DNA from: an uncultured Spirochaetales bacterium
GTDB taxonomy: Bacteria > Spirochaetota > Spirochaetia > SPDA01 > CAZJBZ01
Direction of reading: 5' to 3'
Assembly (NCBI GenBank): GCA_964543975.1
Contig: CAZJBZ010000002.1
Span: 1-34,757 of the forward strand
Length of the DNA: 34,757 nucleotides
The notes under the pieces: generated by a model
The model's database searches: none
Told to the model about the DNA's origin: nothing
The model's input: only the letters and a program-made list of their open reading frames with translations
Part shown: in pieces, positions 32,780 to 34,757 of the stretch
How the letters are laid out: the number at the start of each line of letters is the position of its first letter
Numbering within the stretch: the first letter of the stretch is position 1
Position numbers and translations under genes: made by a program

Positions 32780-33131
32780 CGGTCCCTTCCTCCGTTTCTC
32801 CCGTAATCCGGATAAAAACTCTGTTCGGCAGGCACGCGATCCAGGCCCCCGGTTTGGACACGGCCCCCATGGTTATGCAGTTTTTTCCCCGGCAGGGGGA
32901 TGCCTCTATCCTTACAGTACCATCCTTTATGACCACCTCGGTCGTTCCAAGCGGACCCGGGACAGAGAGGTTTTCTTCGGAATCCAACGGATAGTACCAA
33001 TCGCCGGTGTAAGAGTGTATGTGGATTTGCTTCGCTTCGACAGGTTCCCCGTAAGAAACGACCGCGATTATCACAATGCATGCGACGGAGAGAAGCAGCG
33101 CGGCAATATCGAAGGGGCGTGGCCGATACAT
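32763..33131 (-). CDS. NusG domain II-containing membrane-anchored protein
   Basis: 122-aa ORF with an N-terminal TM anchor. ...VVIKDGTVRIEASPCRGKNCITMGAVSKPGAWIACLPNRVFIRI resembles the NusG_II family block C-x-x-x-x-C ... CLPN. Confidence 0.65.
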   Translation of the reverse strand: MYRPRPFDIAALLLSVACIVIIAVVSYGEPVEAKQIHIHSYTGDWYYPLDSEENLSVPGPLGTTEVVIKDGTVRIEASPCRGKNCITMGAVSKPGAWIACLPNRVFIRITGETEEGTDAGTY

Positions 33132-33175
33132 GGTACCACTATAGTAAAAAAATGTTGTTGTAAAAAGAGTGCGGG

Positions 33176-33349
33176 CAGGGATTCGAAATGTGATCGTAAT
33201 TTGCTGTAAAGGGTTATGAGGGCCGTGAATTTGATGACGATTTTCCCTTCAGAGAGACCTTTTGCAAAGGATAATCATCAAATTTACGGCCTATTATCAC
33301 TACAATCGTTCACATTTCGAATCCCCACAGCTCACATTTGGAATTGCTG
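33176..33349. mobile_element. 174-bp MITE, copy 2, flanked by the 9-bp direct repeat GAGTGCGGG
   Basis: GAGTGCGGG occurs at 33167-33175 and 33350-33358. The copy has the same length and orientation as copy 1, with 149/174 identity by hand alignment and no indels. The first 32 nt and the internal TIR copy are identical to copy 1. The right end, reverse-complemented, is CAGCAATTCCAAATGTGA (15/18 against the left TIR). Confidence 0.8.
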
Positions 33350-33405
33350 GAGTGCGGGCAGGCCTTTCTCCTTTCTAAGCGCCGTCAATTTATCGTCTCT
33401 TTCCC

Positions 33406-34020
33406 TTAACGCTTCCCTTTTCCTATATAGTAAGTTTCAAATGACGGTTTCCTGCTGGCCTTCGGTTTATGGGCTTTGACCGATACAAAAAGGGCTTTCA
33501 TCGAATCGAGAATTTCTTTTTCATCACCCCCTTGAAAAACCTTTATCACCATAGTGCCTCCTGAATGAAGGAGGTTTGCAGCCGCTTCGAGAATACGCGT
33601 AACGAGTGAATAAGAACGGCCGGCATCGACTGTTCTATTTCCTGTTGTAGAGGGTGCGGCGTCACTGAGAATACAATCATACGGTCCCGCCTGCGCCAGC
33701 TGCTTACGGACCGGCCCATCGAAAATGTCGCCTTCGATAAAAAGCGCATTATTAATTCGACCGGCAATTTCCTTACGGATGGGGCCGTCTAAAGGGTTGA
33801 GGTCCACACTCACCACTCCGCCTTGCGTGAGTTTTGAAACGTAGAGCGACCAGCTCCCGGGAGCGGCGCCGATATCCAAGACCCGGTCCTTTTTCCCGAT
33901 GACCGAGTACTTTTGCTGAATTTCCGCCAGCTTATACACCGACCGGGCAGGATAGCCCTCTTTTTTTGCCTTGTGTGTTAGATGATCGCGTGTTCGCTTC
34001 GATCCATGCTTTTTACTCAT
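33406..34020 (-). CDS. rlmE: 23S rRNA (uridine2552-2'-O)-methyltransferase RlmE/FtsJ
   Basis: 204-aa ORF. RSVYKLAEIQQKY, VLDIGAAPGSWS (SAM-binding motif), ILSDAAP, VIKVFQG. Confidence 0.85.
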   Translation of the reverse strand: MSKKHGSKRTRDHLTHKAKKEGYPARSVYKLAEIQQKYSVIGKKDRVLDIGAAPGSWSLYVSKLTQGGVVSVDLNPLDGPIRKEIAGRINNALFIEGDIFDGPVRKQLAQAGPYDCILSDAAPSTTGNRTVDAGRSYSLVTRILEAAANLLHSGGTMVIKVFQGGDEKEILDSMKALFVSVKAHKPKASRKPSFETYYIGKGKR

Positions 34021-34102
34021 TAACCCTCCCTTCTCTCACTATAACGATCGATTACCAAAGAGAGAAGACAGGAATTCGCTCTTGAGAAGGGCAAAAAGTT
34101 GG

Positions 34103-34131
34103 TTGACCTTTCCTTTCAATCCTCGTACTTT
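34103..34131 (+). promoter_or_regulatory. Candidate promoter giving a leaderless rhomboid transcript
   Basis: TTGACC (34103-34108), 17 nt, TACTTT (34126-34131), 6 nt, ATG (34138). There is no SD. Confidence 0.35.
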
Positions 34132-34137
34132 TTATAC

Positions 34138-34757
34138 ATGCGTAATTCCGTAATAAAACGACCATTTCAATTCGATTATTTTAACGCGGCATTTATTATA
34201 ATCGGTATTAATGTCGCGATATTTCTCATCAACACGATTGCACCCTCCACTCGGGGATATTTGGCATTAAATCCCGTTCTGGTATTGAGAAAGGGATTCA
34301 TCTGGCAGCTGGTTACCTACATGTTTGCCCATGCCGGAATCTCACATATCCTGTTCAATATGCTGGGTTTGTTCTTTTTCGGTGTCCAGCTGGAAAGAAG
34401 AATCGGCAGCAGGGAGTTTCTCCTCTTCTACCTGCTTACCGGTACGTTGGCGGGGGTCTTTTCTCTGCTCGTGTATTGGTTCACCGGTGCCTATAATGTA
34501 TGGCTCTTAGGCGCTTCCGGCGCGGTGTTCGCCGTTCTGCTCGCGTTTGCCACCTATTTCCCGGATTCACGAATTTTCGTCTTCGGTATTCTGCCTATCA
34601 GAGCTCCGCTGCTGGTAACCATCTACGCGGCTATCGAACTATTCTCGCAGTTTACCAGTACCGCCTCCGGGGTGGCCCATCTGACCCATTTAGCGGGGTT
34701 CGGTTTCGCTTTTTTCTATTTCCTCGTCAGGCTGGATATCAATCCCGTGAAAGTTTT
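34138..34757 (+). CDS. Rhomboid-family intramembrane serine protease (3' end outside the window)
   Basis: Hand-translated open frame from the ATG at 34138 to the window edge; it is not in the ORF track because it has no stop. ...WQLVTYMFAHAGISHILFNMLGLFFFG..., catalytic GASGAVF and AHLTHLAGF motifs. Confidence 0.8.
   Translation, partial: MRNSVIKRPFQFDYFNAAFIIIGINVAIFLINTIAPSTRGYLALNPVLVLRKGFIWQLVTYMFAHAGISHILFNMLGLFFFGVQLERRIGSREFLLFYLLTGTLAGVFSLLVYWFTGAYNVWLLGASGAVFAVLLAFATYFPDSRIFVFGILPIRAPLLVTIYAAIELFSQFTSTASGVAHLTHLAGFGFAFFYFLVRLDINPVKV

Noticed and set aside
33216-33479. 87-aa ORF on the plus strand, and the 213-aa ORF at 32568..33209
   Set aside because: The first starts inside the MITE and runs antisense into rlmE. 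The second is antisense to the Gx-transporter and NusG_II genes. Neither has an SD or a recognisable motif. Their Arg/Ser/Pro-rich composition is typical of antisense frames.

Overview
Bacterial chromosomal window of 34,757 bp with about 30 protein genes. I found no rRNA, tRNA or CRISPR array. The gene content (PPi-PFK, lipoprotein ApbE, HD-GYP regulator, Rpn/DUF4351-like gene) loosely suggests a free-living anaerobe such as a spirochaete, but that is only a guess.

Layout, left to right:
- EEP-fold gene fragment, PPi-dependent phosphofructokinase and an Rpn-like PD-(D/E)XK gene.
- A visibly AT-richer accessory block: sugar ABC importer (binding protein plus two permeases, no ATPase), a signal-less Cys-type sulfatase, a ROK regulator and a decayed second sulfatase.
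- An orphan Phd/YefM antitoxin, a REC plus degenerate (YD-)HD-GYP regulator, and an orphan radical SAM gene.
- An EamA transporter and a HAD-IIA hydrolase.
- A decaying accessory patch: vapBC with a duplicated vapB fragment, an S41 peptidase pseudogene, a CPBP protease with an unannotated 52-codon membrane ORF, and a GyrI-like plus WYL regulator pair.
- A housekeeping block: PMM/PGM, LplA, DjlA, a six-hairpin glycoside hydrolase, gatC-gatA-gatB-aspS (gatA frameshifted), ApbE convergent with a NusG_II / Gx-transporter / membrane-protein operon, rlmE, and a rhomboid protease cut by the window edge.

Most noteworthy observations:
1. An unannotated 20-codon ORF with a strong SD, joined by an ATGA overlap to the radical SAM gene. 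This is a candidate minimal peptide/maturase pair, and it sits behind a terminator-like leader hairpin.
2. Two 174-bp copies of a hairpin-forming MITE, each with CAGGG-type terminal inverted repeats and its own 9-bp target-site duplication. Two solo end-like sites lie just upstream of promoters.
3. An HD-GYP domain with His-to-Tyr/Leu replacements in its metal-binding motifs.
4. A perfect palindrome with 22-bp arms over the ABC/sulfatase promoter.
5. Several decay events: gatA frameshift, S41 deletion, sulfatase remnant and vapB fragment.

All functional calls come from motif recognition by eye. No database search was run.
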